From Vicugna vicugna (lineage: Eukaryota), in contig MU058337.1 of the NCBI GenBank assembly GCA_013265495.1, positions 498,001-562,000 on the forward strand: 64,000 bases of DNA, given 5' to 3'. The notes beneath the pieces were generated by a model. It ran no database searches, was not told the DNA's origin, and saw only the letters and a list, made by a program, of their open reading frames with translations. A program made the position numbers and the translations under genes. This document shows, in pieces, positions 1 to 12,289 of this stretch. Numbering within the stretch: the first letter of the stretch is position 1; each line of letters starts with the position of its first letter.

Positions 1-358
1 GTTTCACTTTGGTACATTCCTAGGGTTGAAATTGTTGACTCAAAATAACTATTAATTTTAACTGGTCAAAATTTCACCAGATTTTATTTACAAATAAGTA
101 TTAGCAATAAATGCTTCAAAATTTTATGAATGCTCAAACCCCTCTCCTTGTCACTACTGTGTATCTTATTCTTTTAAATTTATGCCAATTTGGTGGGGGC
201 AAAATTCTTCCCCCACTCCTTTCTTTTAGTATTTACTTTTCTTGTTTACTAGTGAATTTCATCTTTACGAGTAATAGTCAGACTTCATCTTTGAAGGCCA
301 TTTATCTTTGCCTGTATACTTTGCTATTGCATCCTTTTTCTATTCCCTCTTGATTTTG

Positions 359-420
359 GTGTATTTGTGGGAGAGGGTGAGCTACCAGCTTCCTTTTGCT
401 CCGCCATCTTGGCCCTTCCA
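359..420 (-). mobile_element. 62-bp 5'-terminal fragment of an L1 5'UTR flanked by a 19-bp target site duplication
   Basis: The minus strand reads GGCCAAGATGGCGGAGCAAAAGGAAGCTGGTAGCTCACCCTCTCCCACAAATACAC, resembling the YY1-containing start of laurasiatherian L1. The flanks CTATTCCCTCTTGATTTTG (340-358) and CTATTCCCTATTGATTTTG (421-439) match at 18/19. Confidence 0.7.
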
Positions 421-3400
421 CTATTCCCTATTGATTTTGAAGAACTTGAATATTATAGATATATGAACATATTTTTATTAGTTATTTCTGTGTCTGTATT
501 CCTTACCACGGTGGGAGCTTCTTGATATTAAGTGCAAAATCATATTAACCTTTTCATATCCAGGAAAATTACAGTTGCTTGCCTGAAGTAGACATTCAAA
601 TATTGACCAACTGAATAGAATTGACATAGAATGATACATTCCATAATTATTCCTCTAATAAATAAAGATACTCCACATGTCCTATCATATAAATAATCAG
701 CTTGTTAAAATAGATTCCAATCTATTCTGCCTTCTATTTCAGTAGTTGTGATCATTACTGGACTTTTTAGTGAACTTCATCATTGCAACTCTGCTTTAAG
801 TCTCACCTACCCAGTCTTCTGGACTACCCTCAATGTCTGTGAAAGCATTACTTATCATTTTTTAATGATTCACCTCTGTCCAGTGCATCACTTGTTCTTT
901 CTGACTCAGTAATTGGTCTTACTCATAATATAGATATGACCTAAGAGCCAGTCAAAACTGAGTTTGATCAAGGCACCTATCTAGAGTCCTGATGATAAAA
1001 TAAGTTTCAATCATTGAATCTAATTAGAAAAGAAAACCCTCTTAAACCAGTGTGTATGAGTGTAGACATGACTCTATTCATTTATATTTTTGCCCTTGAA
1101 AGCTGACTGTGAGACATTTTGATCGGAAAACTCCACTAAGAATGGCAAAACAGCGGGTGAAGCAGATATGTTACTAAAAGAGCGTCAGGTGTTGACTGCT
1201 GTCATTTCCTACTAGAACAGCTTGTCCTTAGCAGTGAGTCAGGACACACCTGTGTCCTGATCAGTTATTGAATGTATAGGGAAGATAGCAATTTCAGTAT
1301 ATAGTTTCAGGTGTGCCAAAGACAACTTTTTTCTATTATTCAACTTAACATTTAATTCAAAGCCGTATCCTACTCAGACACAGTGCCCTTAAAAATATCC
1401 CCTTTCACATAGGGACATAGCCATATAGTTATAACCATTGCAAAGAACTGGGGTCAGGGGAGTGTACAGATCAGGTCGAGTATATTTCTTGTGTGTCTTA
1501 TTAATTGGTCTTCACATGTTGCTGCAAATTCCTGCCCAACAGGCTTATTATGCCTGTATCTTGTCCTGCCATACCCTTGTCCTTAGTTAATGAATAAGGG
1601 ATTGTTCATAAGAACGGATACAAAGTAACAGGTTAAAATAGAGGGGGAGAGAAAATATAATCAAAACATTCTATCACAGATGTGATAAGAAAATCACTAC
1701 TGAATACTGTGAATTATAAGCTTTTCAATAAATACGTACATTAAAACCGATGCAGGTTTTCCATCAAATAACAGCATTCTCACTAACTTGCATTTGGAGT
1801 TGTATTTTTGAATTAGAGAGAAAGAAATGGTTTATACAACTTACAGAAATATGTACAAAACAAAAATAATTGAAACATGCAGTCAGTTACTTTGGGTGAG
1901 TATTGCTGTTCCTTCAGAATTTGTGGCAAAAAATATGTAGATTTATTTCCCAACAAAATTAGCAAGGTTGGATATAGAAAATCTGGGTATATCATGGAAA
2001 TGTGTCATGCATCATAATATCTTCATTTATGTCTGCAGCAGGAAAAAATGTGTGGAAACTGCTATTTTATAAAGCAAAATGTAATGGGGCATGGCAGCTG
2101 ACAGCAGTTTGAAATAAAGCAAAAGTGTTAGGAAACATACATTTAACTAGACTCATTCAGAAAGAGTTTTCAGGAAATAAATGGACAGATATGTTGATTG
2201 TCTTTCAATTAAATTCATACATTTGATCATCTACTCTGTGCATTCATGAAAAATATGCATTTAATGGGAGCTAGATGTCCAGGCATGGGAAACAAGGACT
2301 CTGAACATCAGGCAGCAGTAACTACCGGGAAGTGCAGGACAGTGTCATGTTCTACACTAAACCTTAGTGAATGTGCTCACCAACCAGCCATTATTAGCTC
2401 AAATTCCAAGATCCTATGAGAGGTCACTCAGCTTGTTAAGATTTTTTAATGTGTGCCTCTTGAAAATGAGGATCAAGCCTCTTTGATTTCTAAAGAGGAA
2501 GGCAGCCACTATCTCCTAAAAGTATCCAGGAGACTGGATACTGGTTATCCAAAATGGAAAATATCTATTACACAGGATCAAAAGAACTGTAAGACTTAAA
2601 ATCACATCAGTAAGTTGATCAAAATTGATTCTGCTGCATGTGTACACACCATAATTTATGACTACTTCAATAAAAAAATTAAAATAAAAAATATAGTTAG
2701 TCTCTTTTTTGATAGATGATCAGATCATGCTTTATCTTTAATATTTTCTTTACTATTATTATAAAAATTCCAAGGAACATCCTTATGCATAATTTTTTTT
2801 CTTCTAGGAATACTTCCTTCAGACTGTGTCATGGAAAAGACCACATTTGAATAACATATATTCATTTTACATTGTGACATGTATTGCCAAACTGGTCTTT
2901 ATAAAGATTCTTTAAATCTATACAACCACGCATAAAATTGAGAGAAACCATTTGTACTCACTGTTAAGAACACTGGCAAGAGAGGGTGATATCCAAAGAT
3001 GCTATGAGAGAAGTGAAAATTCAAGAAGAGAGATTGGTACGTGGCTGGGATTGTTGCTGTTTATTTTGGGGTTCTTTATGTAGTGTGGTCTCTCTACTAA
3101 AAATTGGAGTTAGAAGAATTAGAAGATTAAATAGAAAAATTAAAATACAGAATAACTGCTTTGAGAACTGTGATTGGAAGTGAGTCAGGAAGAATAAAAT
3201 GATTAAAAAATGGTAGAAAAGGCAAATTTAAATTTAGGAAGCATAAATCTGTGACAGAACAAGCTGACATGATTTTGCTTCTTCCTTTATGAACTGCAAA
3301 CACTCAAGGAAAAAATGAATTGCACGTGAGGGAAGAGTGTAGGCGCTTGAGTTGGTCACTGTTCTGAGCTCGTTGAGAGGGCTGTGTAGAGGACTTTAGG

Positions 3401-4186
3401 GATCTAGGGTAGTGGAAAATGTACCATTGAAATAAGATACACGCATCTAAGTTCACCAGTGCTGCAGTCAGTAACATAACAACTAGACTGGATAATCAGG
3501 GGAAGATGAGGAAGTAAGTGGATTTTTCTTACTAGAATGAATGGTTCCTAAGTGAATCCTACATAATGTTCACCAAGCAAAACATCTTGCATATTTGGTG
3601 CTCAACAAGTGTCAGTAAACTGTATCTTCAAGAAAATTCTGGAAGGATGACCAACAGGGTGAGGCAAGCACCTGACAGAGAGCAAGGCAAACAACCCAGT
3701 CACTTTTAAGGGTTTTTAACCCAGAGCAGAGGGTGGTGAAAACCTTAGGCATGGAGGTGCAGCAGAAGGAAAGAGCCAGGGAGGTGGTGGAAGGCCGTGC
3801 ATGACTTCACCTCCCTATGAACTTTTTCTTCTTCAGGAACGTACACTATCAAAAGCATGGTTGTGAAGGGGACCGTTGATTGAGACCTGTGTAGGATGAG
3901 CAGAAATGCAACCAGGGCACATGCATATGAGCAGACCAGATACATCAATAAGATGATGTTTTCTTACCATCATAAAATAAAATAAAAGATTAAGGGGTTC
4001 AGAGAAACTAGAGAAAGCCTGGATTTTTCAAAGCTATTGAAGAGGTGCTTAGAGCTAAATTTGTCCAATCCTGAAGTATCTAGGAGTCTTCAGTGACATG
4101 TACTTTTCCCACATAGGGTTTTTGTACTAAGGCGAAATAACCTAGGCAGGTTTTAGATTAAACCATCCCTTAGAATTGAATCAAGA

Positions 4187-5323
4187 ATGGACTCTAACTG
4201 TGCCTGTTTTTAAATTCTTGTATATGAGGCGATCAGAAGTTGAGACAAATCAGGCAGGACTTTTGATGATCCGTAATTAATACACCACCTCAGAGTCAGT
4301 GATGTTATGAAAACTTCTCTAAGATCCTAATTGGAACTTTATGAGTTGTACATTTTAAGACTTGATGTTCCAGGTGGAGAGCCAGGCCCTGGAGCCCTGT
4401 GTGAGTTTATTAGATAGAGAAAGGCTAAGATACCATGTGGTTAGGAAAAATGTGAAAATTGGAGTGTAACCAAGCTTTGAGAAATAAGAATTTTTATCAA
4501 GAAATTCGAGTTGTCTAGCCATGTAGAAGGATGTCTGTGAAAGATGCAGGTAGTGATGAAAGCCCTCTTCCCTGATTCAGGAGGCCCTCAAAACTGGTTA
4601 GCTGCTGTGGGATTGGCTCTCAAGCAGAGTCCTGAGCTCCTGATGTTACCAGAATCTAGAGACATTTGTGGGATATACAGTGCCAGAAACAGGAGTGGAG
4701 AATTTTGAGTTGGCGTTACAATATGTCACTGAAATTTTAGAGAAATGACAGGCCTCAGACAGGAGAAGTGACAGATATAAATGGAAAGTTTCAGGGCCTG
4801 GCATTAAGAATTATATCTGGTTGACACTCTCAAACTCCTCCATTTCTAAATTGATGCAGAGTGCACTTGAACTAGTATGAAGTGATGTATTGGTTCCCAG
4901 AATTTTGGTGTCAATTTTCTTCCATTGCAAAAACTAGGGAAAATACAGCTGTTATAATGCATTGTCTAGAAAATCGGCCCTGGTTAAGTAAAACTCTTGT
5001 GAAAGGAAACTCTATATATTGAATAAAGTGTTTAAAAAACCTGAAGAACTAAAGAGACTTAATGAAACATTGAAGAATACCCCTACATTCTTGTGATTAT
5101 TGAAACTAAGGCAAGAGAAACAAGGGTGGGAAGCAGCACTGAATGGTAGAAAATAAGATTCGACAGTGACTTTGGCATCAGCAGCACCAGCTTGGGATCC
5201 AGAAGCTGGGGTTAATACAGGTGACTCAGACGCAGTGGAAATCCTGGAGGTAATGGAAGGCCCTCCTCTGTTGCTTGCCCTTCTCCGACTCTGGTTGGAG
5301 ACCAGTGATTTGTCTCTGATGTA
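4187..5323 (+). pseudogene. Degenerate PNMA-family (Ty3/Gypsy gag capsid-derived) pseudogene, most like PNMA3/PNMA5
   Basis: Manual translation across frameshifts gives collinear PNMA motifs: GLLM (4257), MFQVESQA..ALCE (4365), EFLSR (4488-4502), NWLAAVGLAL, YQNLETFVGYTVPETGVENFELALQYVTEILEK*QASD (from 4647; TGA at 4746 where W is conserved), MES..[14 protein letters not shown]..ALELV and TPTFL*LLKLRQEKQGWEAAL (5079-5141). It carries multiple stops and indels, and the ends are approximate. Confidence 0.8.
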
Positions 5324-5436
5324 GGAGCTAGTCACAGAAAGGCAGGCTTAAACCCATTTGAAATTACTGTCTTACTCCTAAAAGACTTTTAGTAACAGTG
5401 GGATAAATCCTAGAAAGAAAAAAGAACTCGTGTAGC

Positions 5437-5517
5437 ACTGTAGTATTTACTATTGAAAAAGATCCATGTATAAATGGATCTACACAATTCAAATCTGTGT
5501 TGTATAAGGGTCAGAGG
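5437..5517. mobile_element. Tigger2-family DNA transposon terminal fragment
   Basis: ATTGAAAAAGATCCATGTATAAATGGATCTACACAATTCAAATCTGTGTTGTATAAGGGTCA resembles the Tigger2 terminus (..GAAAAAAATCCGCGTATAAGTGGACCCGCGCAGTTCAAACCCGTGTTGTTCAAGGGTCAACTG). Confidence 0.7.
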
Positions 5518-6099
5518 TATTTGGTTTTTATTTAGTTAACTGTGTAACACATACTGATGTGAGAGGCAGTCAGATGCATATACTGGAAGATGAAATTGTG
5601 GAGAGTGACATTTTCATGACTTAGAGAATGTCAGATCTCTTAGCTGCAAGGGATAGGAAGGTCAATCCAAACTGTTCTAAGTGAAGAGTCAGCTTACTGG
5701 CTCAAATTACAGTCAGTTCCAAGGAGAAGTTTTACTTTGTCCAATACAGATTGAAAAATTGCTGTAATCTCCTGAACACACACATACCCACATCTTCCAC
5801 TGCTTAGCTCTGCTTTACTCTCCTTGGGCTTCCCATGATGCACTCTTTTCTTTTGTCTGTGGCAGTATGGCCACCAGCATGTCCATGCATAAGTACTGTT
5901 CTCCCTTCCCAGAAGTTCTAAAAATTCCAAGATTGAACCTCAGTGGCTCTTTTGGCTCAGGCCTGTCTATTAAACAGTCAGTCCCTATAATCAGACGTGA
6001 CACCGATTGAAGAGGCCTGGCTCCAGGCTCACCTCTGGAGGATATGAGAGTTTGTGTTGAACTGAGAGTGAGGGGTGAGTGGCCCCTTTCCTGCTTTTC

Positions 6100-7200
6100 C
6101 CACTGGAGATAACCAGTCTCTAACTGTTACATTTCTTTATAGTTTTACCACCTACATCCATCCTTGAGTTTGAGTTTTGCATAAATGTAATCAAACAGCA
6201 GACAATGTTCTAACTCAGTATTATGTTTGTGAGATTCATGCAAAGTATTGATCGCAGTTGTAGTTTATTCATTGAATAGACCAAACTTAATTTATCCATT
6301 ATGATGTGGGTGGAACATTTTTTTGTGTTTTTCAGTCTGAGGCAACTACCAAAAAAATGTGGCAGTCACATACCTATATCCATATGAAGAACATACATTT
6401 CTCTCAGACATATACCTGGAACTGAGTGTCTGGGTCATATGATACACGTGTTTTTACATTTAGAAGATGAGGCCAGACGATTACCTGAAGTATTTGTATT
6501 TGTATTCCTACCAGAAATGTATGAGAATTCCTGTTTTGTTACATCTTCGTTCCACTCAAAAAGAAGTCAGTCTGTTCACAGATAATTTTATCAAATTGTG
6601 GTTGTTCTTGGTATTTCTCTGATTAGTGAAGTTAAACACCTGTCACATGTTTATTAACCACATGAATTTCCTTTTTTCTGAAGTACCTCTTTACTCTTTT
6701 GCACATTTTTGTTGGTTTTTGTGTTTTTATCATCTATGTGCTGCCTCTCTCTTTACAGATTTAAGGAGTCTTTATATATTATGATACTGATTCCTTGATA
6801 CCTAACAATGTAATTACCTAAATAATGTAAGTTATGGGTAGTGTTTCCTGTGTCTTGCTTAAACAATTACTTCCTATCTTTAAGTAAGGAAGTTATTTCC
6901 CTATGGTCTTAGTTTTATAATTTTTCCTTTACACTTGATTTTAATCAATTTGGGGTTGATTTTTTGTAAGGTTAGAACTAACCTTCACTCTTACCATATG
7001 TTAATACAACTATCTTTTATCTCTGATATCAATGATCAGAATGTTTCTTGAAAACCTTTCCACTGTCTTGCATGTTATGTCTCTCATAAACCAGGCATCC
7101 ATGAAAGGACCTCTTTCTGCCTCTACATCTTCCATTCTGTCTGTTGGTCTTTATGAATATCTATCATCTAGGACTATACCATGTTACTTACTATAGCTTA
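6100..7200 (-). mobile_element. Old L1 (L1M-class) 3' region fragment
   Basis: Antisense L1 hallmarks: TATGTTTGTGAGATTCAT, ATATACCTGGAACTGAGTGTCTGGGTCATATG, TTCCTACCAGAAATGTATGAGAATTCCTGTT, TATTTCTCTGATTAGTGAAGTTAAACACC. Confidence 0.75.
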
Positions 7201-7205
7201 AAAAT

Positions 7206-8640
7206 TAAGGTGATCATATAATTTATTTTCCAAACTGGGACAATGTGAAAGTAAAAGAAGGCACCAAAAAAAATAAAATTATGTTAATTTTAGAAATATA
7301 TATTTATTAATGTGTAGCTCAGTTTTATTATATTGGTGAACCTATGGAAAGTTCTATTCAAAATGATTTTTTAATATTATTTATGAAAAATAAAATAACA
7401 TTTATTCAGTGTATACATTGTCTTTGTTCTAGCTGCTATTTAAAAATGTCATAAACTGGGCAGTTTATAAACAACAAAAATTTATTTTTCTTGGTTCTGG
7501 GGTCTGGAGAATCCAAGCTTGGTTGTGGTTGATTCAGGTGTGGTGAGGGCCAGTTTCCCAGTTCATAGATGATGCTTTTCACTGTCCTCGCATGGTGGAA
7601 GATGGGAGAGAGCTCTCTGGGGCCTGTTTTATAAAAACGTTAATCCCATCATGTGGGCTGTCCCCTCACTACTGAATCAATTCCCAAAGGCCCCATCTCC
7701 TAATGCCTTTGGATGCAAGCTTTCCATCTGTAGCAACATTACATGTATTGAAGCAAATCTTTAAAACCTTTTATTGACTCTCAGCATTAAAAGATAACAA
7801 AAACAGAATACTTCATTTTGGTAATAGTTACAAAATCATTTCAGCATCTCTTTGCAATAGCCTGCCACTGATATTTTAAAGAGACAGATACAGTTTCTTT
7901 TTTTAGTATGATATTATCATTTATCATTGGTTATAAAATTTAGTGAAATCTTCAAATTTTTAATTTATGGTTAAAATTTTATATTTCTTGAAAACGTTTA
8001 TTGACTTTTCTCAGTATACCCAAGTATTTTTGAGAAAATAATTCCTTTCAGGTATGTGTACACACATGCACATAAAATATTTAAAAATATTAAGTGTGTA
8101 ATTATTTTACCAAAATATTTTCCAGGTACTGTCTTTTAGTTTTTATTCAGATCATTAATCTTTAAAAAAATTTTATAACAAAAAAATCTCTTTAAATCAC
8201 TTGATTCTATTTATGATTCTTTGAAAGTTTTACCAAATTTATATGCTGGAAAATCATAGGCCTTCTTGTTTCCTTCTGTCCCAGTCAGAGCATAAATTTA
8301 TCCAATTAAAATAGGAACTTCATCAAAAATTCTTCTCACAATCCAAGATATTCCAAATCACACATGTAGCAGTTAAAAATTAAATTCTGTACACCATCTG
8401 AGCTCTCACTCTTTGATTTGTTCACTACCTCTTTTGCTTTTGTCAGAATAATTTACATCTTCTTGCTTGCAAGGTCTGTTTTCAATAATTGCAGTTCACC
8501 CAGTTATTCAAAAGCTGAAGTTTTTTATTCACTGAATACTTGGATTAAAGGTTTCCAACCAATTTTGAACAAATTAGGATCATTTGTTTCTAGAGCTTGT
8601 TTACAGAATAATTCAATAATATAGGTTTGATTTAGCTACA
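7206..8640 (-). mobile_element. hAT-Blackjack-like DNA transposon remnant interrupted by an MLT1 LTR
   Basis: The terminus TAAGGTGATCATATAATTTATTTTCCAAACTGGGACA..GAAAGTAAAAG resembles the Blackjack/MER94 end. The minus strand near 8290-8356 translates to LEYLGL*EE..FNWINL, which looks transposase-like. The right boundary is uncertain. Confidence 0.55.
7419..7715 (-). mobile_element. MLT1A-like MaLR solo LTR
   Basis: CATAAACTGGGCAGTTTATAAACAACAAAAATTTATTT..GTTCTGGGGTCTGGAGAATCCAAG..TTAATCCCATCATG..CCCAAAGGCCCCATCTCCTAAT matches the reverse complement of MLT1A. Confidence 0.85.
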
Positions 8641-9729
8641 TCATTTCTGAACTTCTCTGTTTTTGATTGGTTATTTCAAAGCTTTGATCACTTCTTAGTT
8701 CTTCTAGATCAATATGGAATGTTAGACTACAGTTCTGTCTGTTTTAAGGCCTCATGTTTCTGGTGATTTCACTATTTGTCAAAATATTAATAGGATTACT
8801 TTCATCTTTCTCTTTGTAATTCTTCTAGTAGCCTTTTTATGGATTAGAATGTTTTCCCTCTTTGTCCTCCCATTGAATTAGATGATGGGATGGAGGTGGG
8901 CTGGGGAGGCTTCCTCTGTTTCCAGGGTGGCTGTGGGCTCTCCCCTCTGTTGTTTTCCTGAAGATTCAAACTGTGGCCTCAGCTCACTCAGGTAGCCATT
9001 CCTCAACCTCTCTAAATGAGGTCTTGTTGGGGTGACTTTTTTTCTTCCTTCCCTATGCCCTGGGCTCTCGCCTTAGGCATTCTCTTGCTTCCTAGTACTT
9101 CTTGGACCTACACTGAGGTGTCTCCCCTTCCGGCCACGTGAACCTTCTCTCACTCCCGATGTTCCTTCTGTGCTCCATTTGGAACCCTTAGGAGGAGCCT
9201 CCAGTCTTCTGGAGGAGAGTATCTGCAGGTATCCTGAGGCTCTTAGGGGCTTACTCTGCCAGGACAGTGTTGGAAGTCCCCTTATATCCCACTTCTTCTG
9301 CTTGCCAGCAACTTGGAGGCTGTGATGCCTTTCAGCTGTACTTGTGGCTTTTAGCCCTCTCAGACTTCTGAACTCAATCCTCTTTTTGGGGAGGAGGGGA
9401 GATGGATATTACATTGGTTTCTGCAAGGTTCTTCACGCAGACATTTCCTAGGGTCTTTGGAGATTCATTGTTACCTACTTTTGTGAAATATGCCATCATC
9501 ATTTTTCCTTTCACTACCATAATTTATTTCTTTGTTTCAAAATGAATATTTTGGATATTCAAAAATGCTCCCAAAATGATCATATCACTTTAATTATTCA
9601 TCAGTTTTAACTTAGTGATATGAAATAGTTCTCATTCTACCTTTCAGTCCCACTCCCTCAGAGATAACCAGTATTAAACTTTTATTGGATTTTTTTCATA
9701 TGTTTTATAAATTTAAACAGATACATACT

Positions 9730-10109
9730 TGTTTCTGTGGACTTATTGTGTCACCTCAAAACTCACATGTCGAAGCCCTGACCACTAGTGTGATAGTAGT
9801 AGGAGGTGGGGCTTTGGGGAAGTAATTAGGGTTAGATGAGGTCATGATGGAGGGGGTGCTCATGAAGAGATTAATGTCCTTATAACAAGAGACACCAGAG
9901 AGTTTGCTTCTTCTCTCTCTCTACCACTTGAGGATGGAATGAGGAGGCCACTTTCCACAAGCCAAGTCGAACATAACCCTCACCGGAGAACTGAATATAC
10001 ACCTTGATCTTGGACTTCCCAGCCTCTGGACCTGTGAGAAATAAATTCTTGTTCTTTAAGCCACCCAGTCTCTGGTGTTTTATTATGACAGCCCAGTCTG
10101 ACTAATACA
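9730..10109 (+). mobile_element. MLT1A-like MaLR solo LTR
   Basis: TG..CA ends; GGAGGTGGGGCTTTGGGGAAGTAATTAGGGTTAGATGAGGTCATG, CACCTTGATCTTGGACTTCCCAGCCTC, GTGAGAAATAAATT..TTTAAGCCACCCAGTCT..GACTAATACA. Confidence 0.9.
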
Positions 10110-12289
10110 TTAGCATATTCATGTCCTTACTGTATTCAATCACATACATATGCCTTTTTAAACAAAAAAAGTCTATTAATACAGATGTTTAGAGATTATT
10201 AAAGAATATGAGAATTTTTAATTTTAATCAGTACTGTTTAAATTGCTTTTGAAATCAATTGTATTGATATTCTAACAATGAATTTGCTAAGAAGACTTCA
10301 CTTCATGTATTACCTCTAGTATTTAATTCAATTAATCAGAAATAAACGGTGCCAAAATAACTTTGTATTTAGATGCAGCCTGAAGGTATTATTTGAACTG
10401 GAATAGTATTGTATCAAATATACAGTGTCATTTGTTCTAAACTTTCCTTCAACTTGTATCTTGATCAGCTGTTGTGTTTCTGACTGCTAGAAACTAATTC
10501 TGGTTCATGGTAAAGCATGGACAGAGGGGAAAAAAAAACCCTCAGAATTCCAGTGGACTAGAAACATAAATAAAATAGGTAAAATAGATAGTTAAGCACA
10601 CCTTGTGAATATTATAACTTATGACATACCCTGAGAAGGTAAGCATTGAAATTTTAGTGGGAAAAATTCAGGATGTTACAGTCTATGGAAGCAGGGAGTG
10701 CCAGGATGAGGTTGGTACTGGCCTGTCTGACAACAGTTACATCTCCTTTCAGGCTGTGATCCAAAAGACTTAGATTTCTAACAGTTGGGAACTTGTATGG
10801 TTAGAAAAACCTAATACCCATTCCTGAGCTAATTAATTAGCCTAAGCTAGACACAGGCACAGAAGGTAGACATTTAGACATATCCTGCAACCTGAGAGAA
10901 TCCTGATTCCCGAGGCCCATCCTCAGCACTTCCTGTTACTCATTTCTGCTGGACAAGGAGACATACCGTCATTGTCAGGATGGGCCAAAATGCGGCTCAG
11001 TAGCCAGAGGAAGATCTCACCCTCCAAGCCATTGACTCTCAAACTGCCTAGAGGTGTAAGTTAAACTAGAGATCTGTAATTCAAAGGCCTTAATATAGAT
11101 GCTTATGAGTAAAGACATTCACAGGCAAGATTCTAAATTCAGAGATTATAATTGAGCAAGAATTCTGGTTTGATCAATATCACATGGTCAGTATCCCATC
11201 ATTTCTATAGTGACCAGAAAAACACCAGCTTGTTTTTAATATATTCATACATTTACTAATATTTAGTAGTTACTGTAGGTATTACAACATGCATACATCA
11301 CTTCTACTTTTGTAATTTTAGTTACAGACTTTGTTTTATTCAGTTTTAGAATTTCCAGTTCTCTGACAAAATTCTTCATTGTGTTGTCTAATCTCTTTAT
11401 CAGTTAAAATACTTTAAATTATACACCTAATATTCCAACTTCTGATTCTCCAGTAGATCTATTCTAGTGATTTGATTTTTTTTCTCCTGAAATGACATTT
11501 TATGATATGCTTGATCATTTTTTATTACATCTTGAATATTGATATGCACTCTTGCAGACAAAATTTGAAACTCGCTGATGTTAGTTTTCCCAGGATAGGT
11601 TTGCATTTGTACCGGGTAGCCAGTTAGGGTAGACACAGAGCCCCTCAATCTAAACAGGGCTTGAGCTGCTTCAAACTTGGGCATTAGACTCTATTTAGGA
11701 CTTGCTTTTTTTCTGGGTCTCTTTCTTATTTATAGTGTGTAAATGTTTGGGGCTCCCAGTTTAAAGCTAGAGATGTCTACCAGTGTCTGGCCTCTGTAGT
11801 AGACACTGAATGATCTGTCCTACCCTGACCCCTGGCCATAAGAGTAGCCTACTCAGTTGCTTCTTCAGTTTAGTTTTAAAGCCTCTTCATTGTTGCTTTT
11901 GAACTGCCAAATTCCTGAAGAACAACATAGAATGTTGGAATTGCTGTAGTTCAGCATCAACCTTCACACAGGTGTATTTTATATTTTATTCAGCTTTCCT
12001 AGCTGAAACAAGCTTGTCTTAAAAAATGGAAGTGGAACTCTCTCCTCATTTGAATTAAAAGAAATAGTAGTTCACTTCCCATGATACTGTTCTGGGGAGA
12101 GGTCAGGCATGTTGTTTATGTATGAGTGGTCTGGTATATTCATTTATATATCCACAATTGCCCAGCCTTGAAAAGCCACATCAGTTCCTGAGATTATGGC
12201 ACATCAGCCAGAGATCCTGGACTTGGAGTCAGATGTTGGAACTCGATGGAAAACTAAGTTACAGTATTTGAATAATTACTGTTTTTTTT

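Noticed and set aside
3650..3990. Possible 5' LTR for the gag fossil
   Set aside because: I could not identify a matching second LTR, primer binding site or clear TG..CA boundaries.
5012..5335. 107-aa minus-strand ORF
   Set aside because: It is the antisense shadow of the PNMA-like fossil; the homology is on the plus strand.
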